From an uncultured Bacteroidales bacterium (GTDB lineage Bacteria; Bacteroidota; Bacteroidia; Bacteroidales; VadinHA17), in contig CAVVRY010000016.1 of the NCBI GenBank assembly GCA_963750735.1, positions 79,724-143,723 on the forward strand: DNA of 64,000 nucleotides, given 5' to 3'. Of this stretch, positions 49,927 to 59,691 are shown piece after piece. The translations under genes were made by a program, and so were the position numbers. Numbering within the stretch: the stretch's first letter is position 1; each line of letters starts with the position of its first letter. The notes under the pieces are model-generated. The model searched no databases. It was not told where the DNA came from and saw only the letters and a list, made by a program, of their open reading frames with translations.

Positions 49927-51447
49927 ATGCAACAAACCGATAGCCTTATTTATGTCATTTTTGGAGCTTCAGGTGATCTCACAAGAAGAAAACTTGTTCC
50001 GGCCCTTTATTCGTTGTTTGTGCAGAATTTGCTTCCTGATAAATTCACCCTTTTGGGTGTTTCCCGATCTCAGTTTACAGATGAGGCTTTCAGGTTGGAA
50101 ATGAGGTCAGCCATCAATGAGTTCAAAGAAATTGACAATGCTGGAAAGATTGATGAATTCATTAAAAAGATCTATTATAAATCTATACAATTTGATAATG
50201 CTTCTACTTACCATATGCTCAAAAATCGTATGGAAGAGATTAATGGCAGCAAAAAAATCAATGGAAATGTCATTTTCTATATGTCCACACCCCCTAGTTT
50301 ATATGGGGTTATTCCACAGAATCTGGCATCCGTTGGACTAAATAATCAAAATGATGGATGGAAAAGACTGATTATTGAAAAACCTTTTGGTTATGACCTG
50401 GAATCAGCGTTAAAACTAAAAGACCTACTACTGAAAGACTGGTCTGAAGATCAACTGTTCAGGATAGACCATTATCTTGGAAAAGAAACCGTTCAAAATC
50501 TTCTTGTAACAAGATTTTCAAATGGAATTTTTGAACCTTTATGGGACCGGAACTACATTCATCACGTGGAGATTACCTCTGCAGAGAGTATAGGTGTTGA
50601 GAAACGGGGCGGATATTATGACACCTCTGGTGCTCTGCGCGATATGGTGCAGAATCACCTGCTTCAGGTAGTTGCCCTTACAGCGATGGAATCACCCTCT
50701 TCCTTGGAACCAATTGCCATTCGCAATGAAATATTAAAAGTATTTCAATCCTTAAGGCCTATTCTAAAAGAAGACGTTAAGAAAAACACAATCCGGGGGC
50801 AATATATAGCCTCTACGATCAAGAATGAAAATATTGCCGGTTATCGCGAAGAGGAGGGAGTAAAACCTGAATCCGATACAGAAACCTATGCAGCAGTAAA
50901 ATTTTATATAGACAATTGGCGCTGGGGAGGTGTACCATTTTATATTCGCACAGGCAAGCGTTTACCAACACGGGTTACCGAAGTTGTTATTCACTTTAAA
51001 CCAACTCCTCATTTTCTTTTTGCAAAAGGGGCAGCATGTAACACCTGTAATCAGTTGGTAATAAGGATACAACCCGATGAAGGTATTTTGTTGAAATTTG
51101 GTATGAAAACACCTGGAGCAGGATTTGATGTGCAGACCGTGAATATGGATTTTCACTATTCTGATCTTTCACACCTAAGAATACCCTCCGCTTATGAACG
51201 CCTGATTTATGATTCCATAAATGGGGATGCAACATTGTTTGCCCGAACCGAAGAAGTGATTGAGGCATGGAAATTTTTATCCCCGGTGATTGAGTCCTGG
51301 AAAAATGATAAAGATGTGCCTCTTTATGGATATCCTGCTGGTACCTGGGGGCCGGAAACTGCTGACGACCTGATTGAGGAGAAAGATATGACATGGCGGT
51401 ATCCTTGCAAAAACCTTTTAGACGATGGCTTTTATTGCGAATTATAG
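49927..51447 (+). CDS. zwf: glucose-6-phosphate dehydrogenase
   Basis: IFGASGDLTRRKL (NADP site), RIDHYLGKE (active site), EKPFG. 506 aa. Confidence 0.95.
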   Translation: MQQTDSLIYVIFGASGDLTRRKLVPALYSLFVQNLLPDKFTLLGVSRSQFTDEAFRLEMRSAINEFKEIDNAGKIDEFIKKIYYKSIQFDNASTYHMLKNRMEEINGSKKINGNVIFYMSTPPSLYGVIPQNLASVGLNNQNDGWKRLIIEKPFGYDLESALKLKDLLLKDWSEDQLFRIDHYLGKETVQNLLVTRFSNGIFEPLWDRNYIHHVEITSAESIGVEKRGGYYDTSGALRDMVQNHLLQVVALTAMESPSSLEPIAIRNEILKVFQSLRPILKEDVKKNTIRGQYIASTIKNENIAGYREEEGVKPESDTETYAAVKFYIDNWRWGGVPFYIRTGKRLPTRVTEVVIHFKPTPHFLFAKGAACNTCNQLVIRIQPDEGILLKFGMKTPGAGFDVQTVNMDFHYSDLSHLRIPSAYERLIYDSINGDATLFARTEEVIEAWKFLSPVIESWKNDKDVPLYGYPAGTWGPETADDLIEEKDMTWRYPCKNLLDDGFYCEL

Positions 51448-51449
51448 AT

Positions 51450-52193
51450 ATGGAAAAATCAATAAAGATTTTTGGGAATATTGATGAATTGTCAGCTTTT
51501 CTTGCCAGGCAGTTAATCATACAAATACAGAATATTCCTGAAGGCCAATTCTTTTCAATTGCCTTGTCTGGTGGCTCAACTCCGAGGGTTGTTTTTCAGC
51601 AACTTGCTTTAAAATTCAGAAATCAAATAGATTGGAAAAAAATAAAGGTTTTTTGGGGTGATGAACGGTGCGTTGCACCTGAAAGTGATGAAAGTAATTA
51701 CAAAATGGCAAAAGAAAGTCTTTTTGATCGTGTTCCTATTCCTGCCGGACAAATTTTCAGAATAAAGGGTGAAGATAATCCAGTCTTTGAATCTGAGCGA
51801 TATGAAAAAGTAGTGACACAACATATTCCTATTCAAAATACTGTTCCACAGTTTGATTTCATATTGCTTGGACTAGGGGAAGACGGGCACACAGCTTCTA
51901 TCTTCCCGGGAAGATTGGACCTTTTTAACACTGACAAACTTTTTGTAGTGGCGGAGCATCCAGTTACCAAACAAAAGAGAATATCAGCCTCCGGCAGATT
52001 AATCAACAATGCCCGGACAGTGGCATTTCTTGTAACAGGAGAGTCCAAATCAATGATGATTTCAAAAATCATAGACCAAAAAGGGGATTGGGAAAAACTT
52101 CCAGCTTCCATGGTTCGTCCTAAAAGCGGGGAATTGATCTGGTTATTGGATGACAAATCGGGCTCAAGAGTAAAAGCCCAATTTGGAACTTGA
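51450..52193 (+). CDS. pgl: 6-phosphogluconolactonase
   Basis: ALSGGSTP, WGDERCV, LLGLGEDGHTASIFPG. The ATG at 51450 lies 2 nt after the zwf stop; the track ORF start at 51393 overlaps zwf. Confidence 0.9.
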   Translation: MEKSIKIFGNIDELSAFLARQLIIQIQNIPEGQFFSIALSGGSTPRVVFQQLALKFRNQIDWKKIKVFWGDERCVAPESDESNYKMAKESLFDRVPIPAGQIFRIKGEDNPVFESERYEKVVTQHIPIQNTVPQFDFILLGLGEDGHTASIFPGRLDLFNTDKLFVVAEHPVTKQKRISASGRLINNARTVAFLVTGESKSMMISKIIDQKGDWEKLPASMVRPKSGELIWLLDDKSGSRVKAQFGT

Positions 52194-53830
52194 TATTGAA
52201 TTATTAATTAAATTCTTGATCTTGAAAAAACTTGAAATTTGCAAATTTTCTAAACTAAAAGACAGACAACCTGAACACGTCCTGGTTGAGAATGTTGATC
52301 TGGTTGTGATACGATATGACAATAAAGTTTCTGTTTTGTATGGACGTTGCTTGCATCGCGGTGCATTGATGGCTGATGGCCATGTTAAAGGTGAAAACCT
52401 CGTTTGTGGTGTGCATGGCTGGGATTACCGATACGATACAGGAGTATCAGAATACAACAATGAAGAGACCCTTACAAAATTCACTTCAATTATTGAGCAG
52501 GATAAAGTATTGGTAGATTTAGATGAACTTCACGATTTTAAAAAGAAATATCCTCAACCATTTAACAGGGAAGCATATCTTGGTCAATATGCAGACACAC
52601 ATCCTGAAGCCACAGAGCCATATACCAGTTACATTAATGAATTGGCGAAAAATGGTTTAAAGAATTATGGACATCATGGTCCTTCAGCTTCAATGGGAGT
52701 AGACAGAAATACCTTGCCAAAATGGGAAGATATTCAATTCTTACCTGCTCAATTGGCCAAAAGACCTCTATTGGATGAAGAACCTGTAAATACTAAAGTG
52801 ATAATTGGTCCAAAAGCAAAAAAACCAATCCTCCTTGAAATCCCAATTTTTGTATCAGACATGAGTTTTGGTGCCCTGTCAAGAGAAGCGAAAATTGCCT
52901 TATCAAAAGGTGCATGAAATGGCTGGTACTGGCATTGCCAGTGGTGAGGGAGGTATGCTTCCTGAAGAACAGGAAAACAATTCCCGATACTTTTATGAAC
53001 TGGCCTCAGGGAAATTTGGTTTTTCATGGGATAAAGTAAAAAAAGCCCAGGCATTCCACTTTAAAGGGGGCCAGGGTGCTAAAACTGGTACTGGTGGTCA
53101 TTTACCAGGGGATAAAGTAACCAGAGAAATAGCAGAAGTGCGTGGATTAGAACAGGGAGAAACGGCCATTTCACCTGCAGCTTTCCCTGATTTGTTTACC
53201 ACTGAGGATTTTAAACAAGTTGCAGAAGAAGTTCGGGAAAAAACTGGTGGTATCCCCGTTGGATTTAAAATTGCAGCCAGCCATATTGAAGCAGATATTG
53301 ACTTTGCCTTAGAAGTAGGGGTGGATTACATTATCCTCGATGGTAGAGGAGGTGGAACAGGTTCTGCTCCAATCATATTAAGGGATAATATAAATGTCCC
53401 AACGATTCCCGCGCTCGCAAGGGCAAGAAAACACCTTAATAAAGTGGGAGCTAAAGATGTTACTCTGGTTATAACAGGTGGCTTGCGAGTTGCAGAAGAT
53501 TTTGCAAAAGCATTGATGATGGGTGCTGATGCTATAGCCGTTTCAAATTCAGCTCTACAGGCTATCGGTTGTTTAGGCATGCGGGCATGTGGAACCAATA
53601 ACTGTCCCGTGGGCATTGCCACTCAGAAAGAAAATCTTAGGCAGCGGATTGTCATCGAACAGTCTGCAAAACAGTTGTATAATTTTTTTAATGCTACCAA
53701 TGAGTTAATAAAAGTTGTGGCAAGATCATGCGGACACCATAATATTGTGGATTTTAATTTTGATGATTTAAGCACTTCAAGTTATGAAATGCATAAACTT
53801 ACTGGTATATCATATGCCGGTGTAATATAA
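52183..53830 (+). pseudogene. Rieske [2Fe-2S] domain fused to glutamate-synthase central (FMN/FeS, GltB domain-2-like) domain; frame broken by one extra base
   Basis: Rieske ligands are CLH-x16-CGVH. The GltB-type motifs are GEGGMLPEE, GGQGAKTGTGGHLPG, GGTGSAP and CLGMRACGTNNCPVGIATQ. The fragments 52183..52917 and 52868..53830 join as ALSKGA/EMAGTGIASGEGG if the t at about 52915 is removed. The start is uncertain: TTG at 52183, 52216 or 52222 (LKKLEICKF). Confidence 0.8.
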
Positions 53831-53836
53831 ACGATT

Positions 53837-54115
53837 ATGATAGATACCTTAATTGGCTTTTTTAAGCAATCAGCAAAAGATACAAAAGAGAAAACACCCT
53901 CAGGCTTATGCCCTAATTGTTGGGGAGAACAGGAATATGACGATAGGATACGAGTAATGTATGAAGACAAGCAAATAGATGTAAATAATTACAAGGCTAA
54001 CCATGCATTTATTCAGAATTTTGTTATCAACAAAATAGATGGAATAAAACTAATAAAAGCCAATAGTGGTTCTAGATGTCCGACTTGTAAGAAAATAATA
54101 AACGAAAAACCATGA
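53837..54115 (+). CDS. small CxxC...CxxC zinc-ribbon-like protein (92 aa)
   Basis: CPNCWGEQEYDD near the N-terminus and CPTCKK near the C-terminus. It starts 6 nt after the preceding stop, and its stop overlaps the next start (ATGA at 54112-54115). Confidence 0.55.
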   Translation: MIDTLIGFFKQSAKDTKEKTPSGLCPNCWGEQEYDDRIRVMYEDKQIDVNNYKANHAFIQNFVINKIDGIKLIKANSGSRCPTCKKIINEKP

Positions 54116-56055
54116 GCGAAAAACTAGTTTGGTATAAAGTTATTGAATCAAAGGCGGAATTGCAACCAAACAGGGTGATGACAGTATCTGCAGGGCATAA
54201 TGAAATCTGTCTTTCTAACTTCGAAGGTAAAATATGTGCCCTTGATAATAAATGTCCGCATCAGGGAGGCCCCCTGGGTGAGGGTAGCATTGAAAACGGA
54301 ATTCTGCGCTGCCCATGGCATGGCTGGGACTATCACCCATGCTCTGGAAAAGCTCCTGGCTTCGACGATGGAGTGAAATCCTACCCTGTAGAGGAAAGGG
54401 AAGATGGCATTTATGTTGGATTACCAGTTGAAAAAATACACAATACCACACTTTCTGATATTATGGCAGAAACTATGGTTAACTGGGGAGTTGATACAGT
54501 ATTTGGTATGGTAGGGCACTCCAATCTCGGATTGGCCGATGCATTTAAGCGACTTCAGGAAAAAGGTAAATTGAAATTTATTGGCATCCGCCATGAGGGA
54601 GCAGGAGCCTTTGCAGCAAGTGCTTATGGTAAATTAACAGGGAAACCTGCAGCCTGTTTTTCTATTGCTGGTCCGGGAGCAACCAATATGTATACAGGTC
54701 TCTGGGATGCAAAAGTTGATCGGGCACCTATATTGGCACTTACAGGCCAGGTTGCAACCCAGGTGGTGGGTACAGGTAATTTTCAGGAGGTTGATCTTAT
54801 CCTGGCATTTCAATCAGTTGCAGAATTTAACCACCGGGTCCAACGCGATAGTCAACATGCTGAGCTAATGTCACTGGCAATTAAACATGCATTACTGAAC
54901 CGTGATGTTTCCCACCTTACTTTTCCCGATGAAATCCAGGAAATTCCTGCTGGTGATGCTTTACCAGAGACACCAGATAACAGAATGCCTGCATCCCAAA
55001 TTGCACCACCTAAAGAAAGTTTAAATAAGGCTCTTCATCTAATTGAAAAATCAATCCGACCGGTGATAGTTGTTGGACACGGTGCCAAGTTCCATATGGA
55101 GGCAATAATTGCATTGGCTGAAAGGCTAAATGCACCGGTATTGACCACTTTTAAGGGAAAAGGATTGATTTCTGATGGGCATCCGCTTGCGGCAGGGGTA
55201 CTAGGAAGAAGTGGAACTCCCATAGCTTCATATTTTATGAATGAAAGTGATCTACTTATTGTTTTTGGAGCTTCATTTAGCAATCATACTGGTATAACCT
55301 CTAAGAAGCCGATTATCCAGGTTGATTTTGACCCCTTGGCACTGGCAAAGTTTCACAAAATTGATGTTCCATTATGGGGAGAAATTTCTGTTACCCTCGC
55401 CTTGATGCAGGAGAAATTAAAGAAATATGTACAAAAAGTAGATCAACGTCCAGAACTAAAAGGTCGCTGGAATATTTGGAGGGAGGAAAAGAATAAAAGG
55501 CTGAGTCAGGACAATGGCAAGGGGATAAGTTCAATTGCTGTCTTTGAGAATTTATCACGTCATGTTCAAGATAATGCGGTAATATGTGTTGATGTAGGAA
55601 ACAATGCATATTCTTTGGGGCGTTACTTTGAGTGCAAAAAACAAAGTTTCCTGATGTCCGGATATCTTGGCTCAATAGGTTTCGCTTTTCCTGCTGCTAT
55701 GGGTGCCTGGTCTGCTGTTGGTAGCCATCGACCGGTTGTAGCTATTGCCGGTGACGGTGGTTTTGCACAATATATGGCTGAATTATCTACATCCGTAAAA
55801 TACAGTATGAATATTAAAATTATATTGTTAAATAATTCAGAATTGGGCAAAATTTCAAAAGAGCAACGATCAGGTGGCTTTGATGTTTTCGCCACCGACC
55901 TTAAAAATCCTGACTTTGCAGAATTTGCAAATGGCTGTGGTGCCCTTGGGGTTCGGGTTGAAAATCTATCTGACCTGGAAGAGAAGATGCAAGAGGTCCT
56001 TAGTTATAATGGAACTGCTCTACTTGAAATTATGACTGATGTAAGCCTGATTTAA
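54112..56055 (+). CDS. Rieske [2Fe-2S] domain fused to a thiamine-diphosphate enzyme (pyruvate oxidase PoxB-like)
   Basis: The N-terminal NirD-type Rieske is CPHQGGPL-x-CPWHGWDY. A full TPP enzyme follows: the N-domain (GVDTVFGMVGHSNLGL, RHEGAGAFAASAY, GPGATN, GTGNFQEVD), the middle domain, and the C-domain TPP box GDGGF...LLNNSELG. Confidence 0.85.
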   Translation: MSEKLVWYKVIESKAELQPNRVMTVSAGHNEICLSNFEGKICALDNKCPHQGGPLGEGSIENGILRCPWHGWDYHPCSGKAPGFDDGVKSYPVEEREDGIYVGLPVEKIHNTTLSDIMAETMVNWGVDTVFGMVGHSNLGLADAFKRLQEKGKLKFIGIRHEGAGAFAASAYGKLTGKPAACFSIAGPGATNMYTGLWDAKVDRAPILALTGQVATQVVGTGNFQEVDLILAFQSVAEFNHRVQRDSQHAELMSLAIKHALLNRDVSHLTFPDEIQEIPAGDALPETPDNRMPASQIAPPKESLNKALHLIEKSIRPVIVVGHGAKFHMEAIIALAERLNAPVLTTFKGKGLISDGHPLAAGVLGRSGTPIASYFMNESDLLIVFGASFSNHTGITSKKPIIQVDFDPLALAKFHKIDVPLWGEISVTLALMQEKLKKYVQKVDQRPELKGRWNIWREEKNKRLSQDNGKGISSIAVFENLSRHVQDNAVICVDVGNNAYSLGRYFECKKQSFLMSGYLGSIGFAFPAAMGAWSAVGSHRPVVAIAGDGGFAQYMAELSTSVKYSMNIKIILLNNSELGKISKEQRSGGFDVFATDLKNPDFAEFANGCGALGVRVENLSDLEEKMQEVLSYNGTALLEIMTDVSLI

Positions 56056-56171
56056 TACATACATATATATTTCCCGGATTAAATATTCTGTAAATTAAAA
56101 TTTTGAATTGTTAGAAAGAGAAAGTTTTATTACTTTTCTAAATTATAAGTTATTGGAATAGAAAAGCCTCA

Positions 56172-57284
56172 ATGAAAATTCAGCCATTTAAACTTGAGCG
56201 ATATTTTGCTAAGTATGAATTTACAACTCCTTATCTGCTAAGTTGTTCTGACTGCGAACCTTTAACAATAAAAGAACTGCTATCCATGGCCAGTCCTGAT
56301 ATGCTGAAAGCATGGGAGAATTTAACTTTGGCCTACACTGATTCACAGGGACATCCGCTTTTAAGAGAGGAAATCTCCAAACTTTATACAAAAATTACAG
56401 AGGATGATATTCTGGTTTTAACCCCTGAGGAGGGGATTTTTATCGCAATGAATATACTTCTCGAAGAGGGAGACCATGTGATTACTACCTTCCCCGGTTA
56501 CCAGTCTTTGTATGAGATTGCCGAAAGCAATAAATGCAAAGTTTCAAAATGGTTGCCCGATGAGGATATGAATTTCAAATTGGAGGATTTATTTCAGCAA
56601 ATAAGGGAAAATACAAAGCTTATAGTTTTAAATTTCCCACATAATCCAACAGGAGCAACTATAACAGAAATTGATTTAATTAAAATCATACAAATTGCCC
56701 GACAGAAAAATATTGTTGTATTCTCTGACGAGATGTATCGTTTTCTGGAATACGACCAACAGGATAGGTTACCATCAGTAAGTGAAATATATGAAAATGG
56801 AATTTCATTATTTGGCTTGTCTAAGAGCTTTGCATTGCCCGGTTTGAGAATTGGCTGGTTAGCTTCCCGAAACAGGGAGATAATGGCTGAAATAGCTTCA
56901 TTTAAGGACTATACGACCATATGTTCAAGTGCTCCCAGTGAAATTCTCAGTATCATTGCTTTACAGAACAAAGAATCCATTATAACCAGAAACCTGGAAT
57001 TAATAAAAAGTAATCTTGAATTTGCAGATACAATTCTACAGAAGCATGCTGACACACTTATATGGAAAAAACCAAAGGCTGGAACCATTGCATTTCCAGA
57101 ATTACGAATTGAACAAGATGTGTACAAGTTTTGCCTTGATCTGATAAAGAAAAAGGGAGTAATGCTACTGCCTTCAAGTGTATATGATTATGATAGGAAA
57201 TGTGTAAGGATTGGTTTTGGACGAGAGAACTTCCCTGAATCACTTTCCTTATTTGATGAATATTTAACTGAACTAAATTATTGA
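56172..57284 (+). CDS. class I/II PLP-dependent aminotransferase
   Basis: 370 aa. NFPHNPTG, FSDEMY, and SKSFALPGLRIGW (the PLP-binding Lys). Confidence 0.85.
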   Translation: MKIQPFKLERYFAKYEFTTPYLLSCSDCEPLTIKELLSMASPDMLKAWENLTLAYTDSQGHPLLREEISKLYTKITEDDILVLTPEEGIFIAMNILLEEGDHVITTFPGYQSLYEIAESNKCKVSKWLPDEDMNFKLEDLFQQIRENTKLIVLNFPHNPTGATITEIDLIKIIQIARQKNIVVFSDEMYRFLEYDQQDRLPSVSEIYENGISLFGLSKSFALPGLRIGWLASRNREIMAEIASFKDYTTICSSAPSEILSIIALQNKESIITRNLELIKSNLEFADTILQKHADTLIWKKPKAGTIAFPELRIEQDVYKFCLDLIKKKGVMLLPSSVYDYDRKCVRIGFGRENFPESLSLFDEYLTELNY

Positions 57285-57326
57285 TTTAGAGTACCTTTAG
57301 CTAAATAATAAACAAGGTGTAAAACT

Positions 57327-59523
57327 ATGAGATTTCTTTGGTATATAGCAGTTTTTATTATCCCTGGCTTCTTAGGATGTCATTCTGATGGTGGAGGCCC
57401 TACGGGCCTGATGACTGAATTTATTCGGGAGCCAGGAAACGTTAAGATCCTGGACAAAAAGCCGGAATTCTCATGGATTGTACCAGAAAATGCAATTGTG
57501 CAAACTGCCTGGCAGATCCAACTGGCTTCAACTGAAGAGATATTGAAAAGCGATAATCCTGATTTTTGGGACAGTGGGAAAAATATTGGAAACAGATCCA
57601 CAGAAGTTGAGTATCAGGGTGCAGAATTAAATGATAATACTGATTATTATTGGAGAGTACGTATATGGGATAAACAGGGCAATCCAACAAATTATTCAGT
57701 CGTTCAACATATAAGGACAGGTACTTTTGGAGATTATAGAACCACAAATAATAGCTTTCAGTCTGTTTTGAGGAAGCCTGTATTTTCAAAGAAACTTTCA
57801 GAAGCTCATTATTTCTTCGACTTTGGCAAAGATGCATTTGCAACACTTGAACTTCATATCCAGGTTGATAAAAAAGATTCGCTTATAATTCATCTTGGTG
57901 AAAAACTCTCTGATAAACATGAAGTTGACAGAGATCCAGGAGGTTCCATTCGCTATCAAAAAATAGTTCTTGAAGTTAGTCCGGGACAATCAGAATATCG
58001 ATTGGAATTGCCCCCAAATAGCAGAAACACTGGTGGAAAGGCGATATTGCTACCAGATTCCATTGGTGTAATTCTGCCATTCCGTTATTGTGAAATAGAG
58101 AATAGTCCGGTTGAACTTGACACTGAAAATGTCCTACAGAATGCCTACTGGCATTACTTTGATGATAAGGAAAGTTATTTTTCCAGCTCTGACACAGTCC
58201 TGAATAAGATTTGGGATATCTGCAAATATAGCATGAAGGCAACCTCCTTCACCGGATTGTATATCGATGGAGACCGGGAAAGAATTCCGTACGAGGGAGA
58301 TGCCTACATCAATCAGTTGGGACATTATAGTACCGATCGGGAGTATTCAATGGCCCGCCGTACCAACGAATATTTTATTCAGAACCCAACCTGGCCAACA
58401 GAATGGATCCTGCATACAGTTCCCATGTTTTATGCTGACTACTTCTACACCGGCAACCTTGAATCCATTGTCCACAATTATGAATACCTAAAATACAAAA
58501 CCCTGTCATTTTTATCACGGGACGATGGGCTGATTTCAGTGTATACTGATAAACTAACTCCGGATTTTATGGAGAAAATTGGCTTCTCCAATCATGATGA
58601 GAGACTTCGTGACCTCGTGGATTGGCCCCCTGGACAAAATGATACAGGATGGAAACTTGCCAGGCCGGAGGGTGAGCGCGATGGTTATGATATGGTGGAG
58701 GTAAATACGGTTGTAAATGCATTCTTCTATTGGAACCTGTTAATAATGAAGGATATAGCAGAAATGATTAATGAAAAGGAAGATCTGATTTTCTTTAATG
58801 AACTGTCACAAAAAGTAAAAGCATCAGTCAACGACTTATTATTTGACAGAAAAAAAGGGAATATATATTGATGGGGAAGGCTCAACCCACTCTTCATTGC
58901 ATGCCAATATGTTGCCCCTGGCAGTAGGATTGGTCCCTGAGCAATATAAACAAAGTGTTGTTGATTTCATTAAATCAAGAGGTATGGCTTGTAGTGTTTA
59001 TGGTGCACAATATTTACTGGAAGGACTTTTTAAAGCAGGGGAGGCCTCTTATGCTTATAGCTTATTGACAGCTACACATGATAGAAGCTGGTGGAACATG
59101 ATAAGGTCGGGTTCGACCATTAGCATGGAAGCCTGGGATATGAAATACAAGCCAAACTCCGATTGGAATCATGCCTGGGGTGCTGTTCCCGCAAATATTA
59201 TTCCCGGATACCTATGGGGGATACAGCCTTTAGAACCTGGTTTTGCAAAAGCAGAGATACAACCCTATATGGATAATCTAGCCAATAGTGAAATAAAGTT
59301 CCCTACAATCAGAGGGCCTATCCAGGCAAAATACAATTGGAAATCAGGAAATAATCATACATATGAATTGAGAATTCCCGGGAATATGATTGCTGACTTT
59401 ATTTTGCCAACTGAAAATTGGGGAGACCTGGAGGTTCACATGAATGGGAAAAGGATAGCAATTACAGAAAATAGCATACCACTTAAGCCAGGTTGGAATA
59501 CCATTGAATTCCAAATGGAATAG
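57327..59523 (+). pseudogene. GH78 alpha-L-rhamnosidase, frame broken at a homopolymer
   Basis: The N-domain PEFSWIVPE..QTAWQIQLAS..FWDSGK..YYWRVRIWD is the rhamnosidase N signature. The six-hairpin core has DRERIPYEGDAYI and WNHAWGAVPA. The fragments 57327..58871 and 58843..59523 join as LLFDRKKGIYIDGEGSTH after removing one base in A7/G3 (58850-58859). Confidence 0.85.
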
Positions 59524-59691
59524 TACTTTTCGATTTATTGTTCGGATCATGAATATTTTTAATATTGATGAGCTTATCAAAATCTATTGATTCCTTAACA
59601 TTGTATTTCCGGTTTTTTTCCTTACCTTAGATCATCAAGTTTTATATCATTTCTAACCAGCAATTCAAACCAAAATTGAAAATTTATTAGC

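Noticed and set aside
50996-51520. Long antisense ORFs in the track (e.g. 50996..51520, 20963..21427, 57442..57846, 59708..60109, 38310..38699, 41486..41872, 42268..42603, 11606..11944, 53326..53622)
   Set aside because: Each lies entirely opposite a gene with strong family motifs (zwf, BNR protein, GH78, acyl-CoA dehydrogenase, TolC, ABC genes, rocD, GltB-like). Their translations are low-complexity or Cys/Ser/Pro-rich with no motifs. They are typical shadow ORFs.
58843-58871. Programmed ribosomal frameshifting as the explanation for the split genes
   Set aside because: The breaks occur in unrelated gene families. Most lack slippery heptamers or downstream structures, and none of these families is known to use frameshifting. 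A common technical or mutational cause is far more economical.
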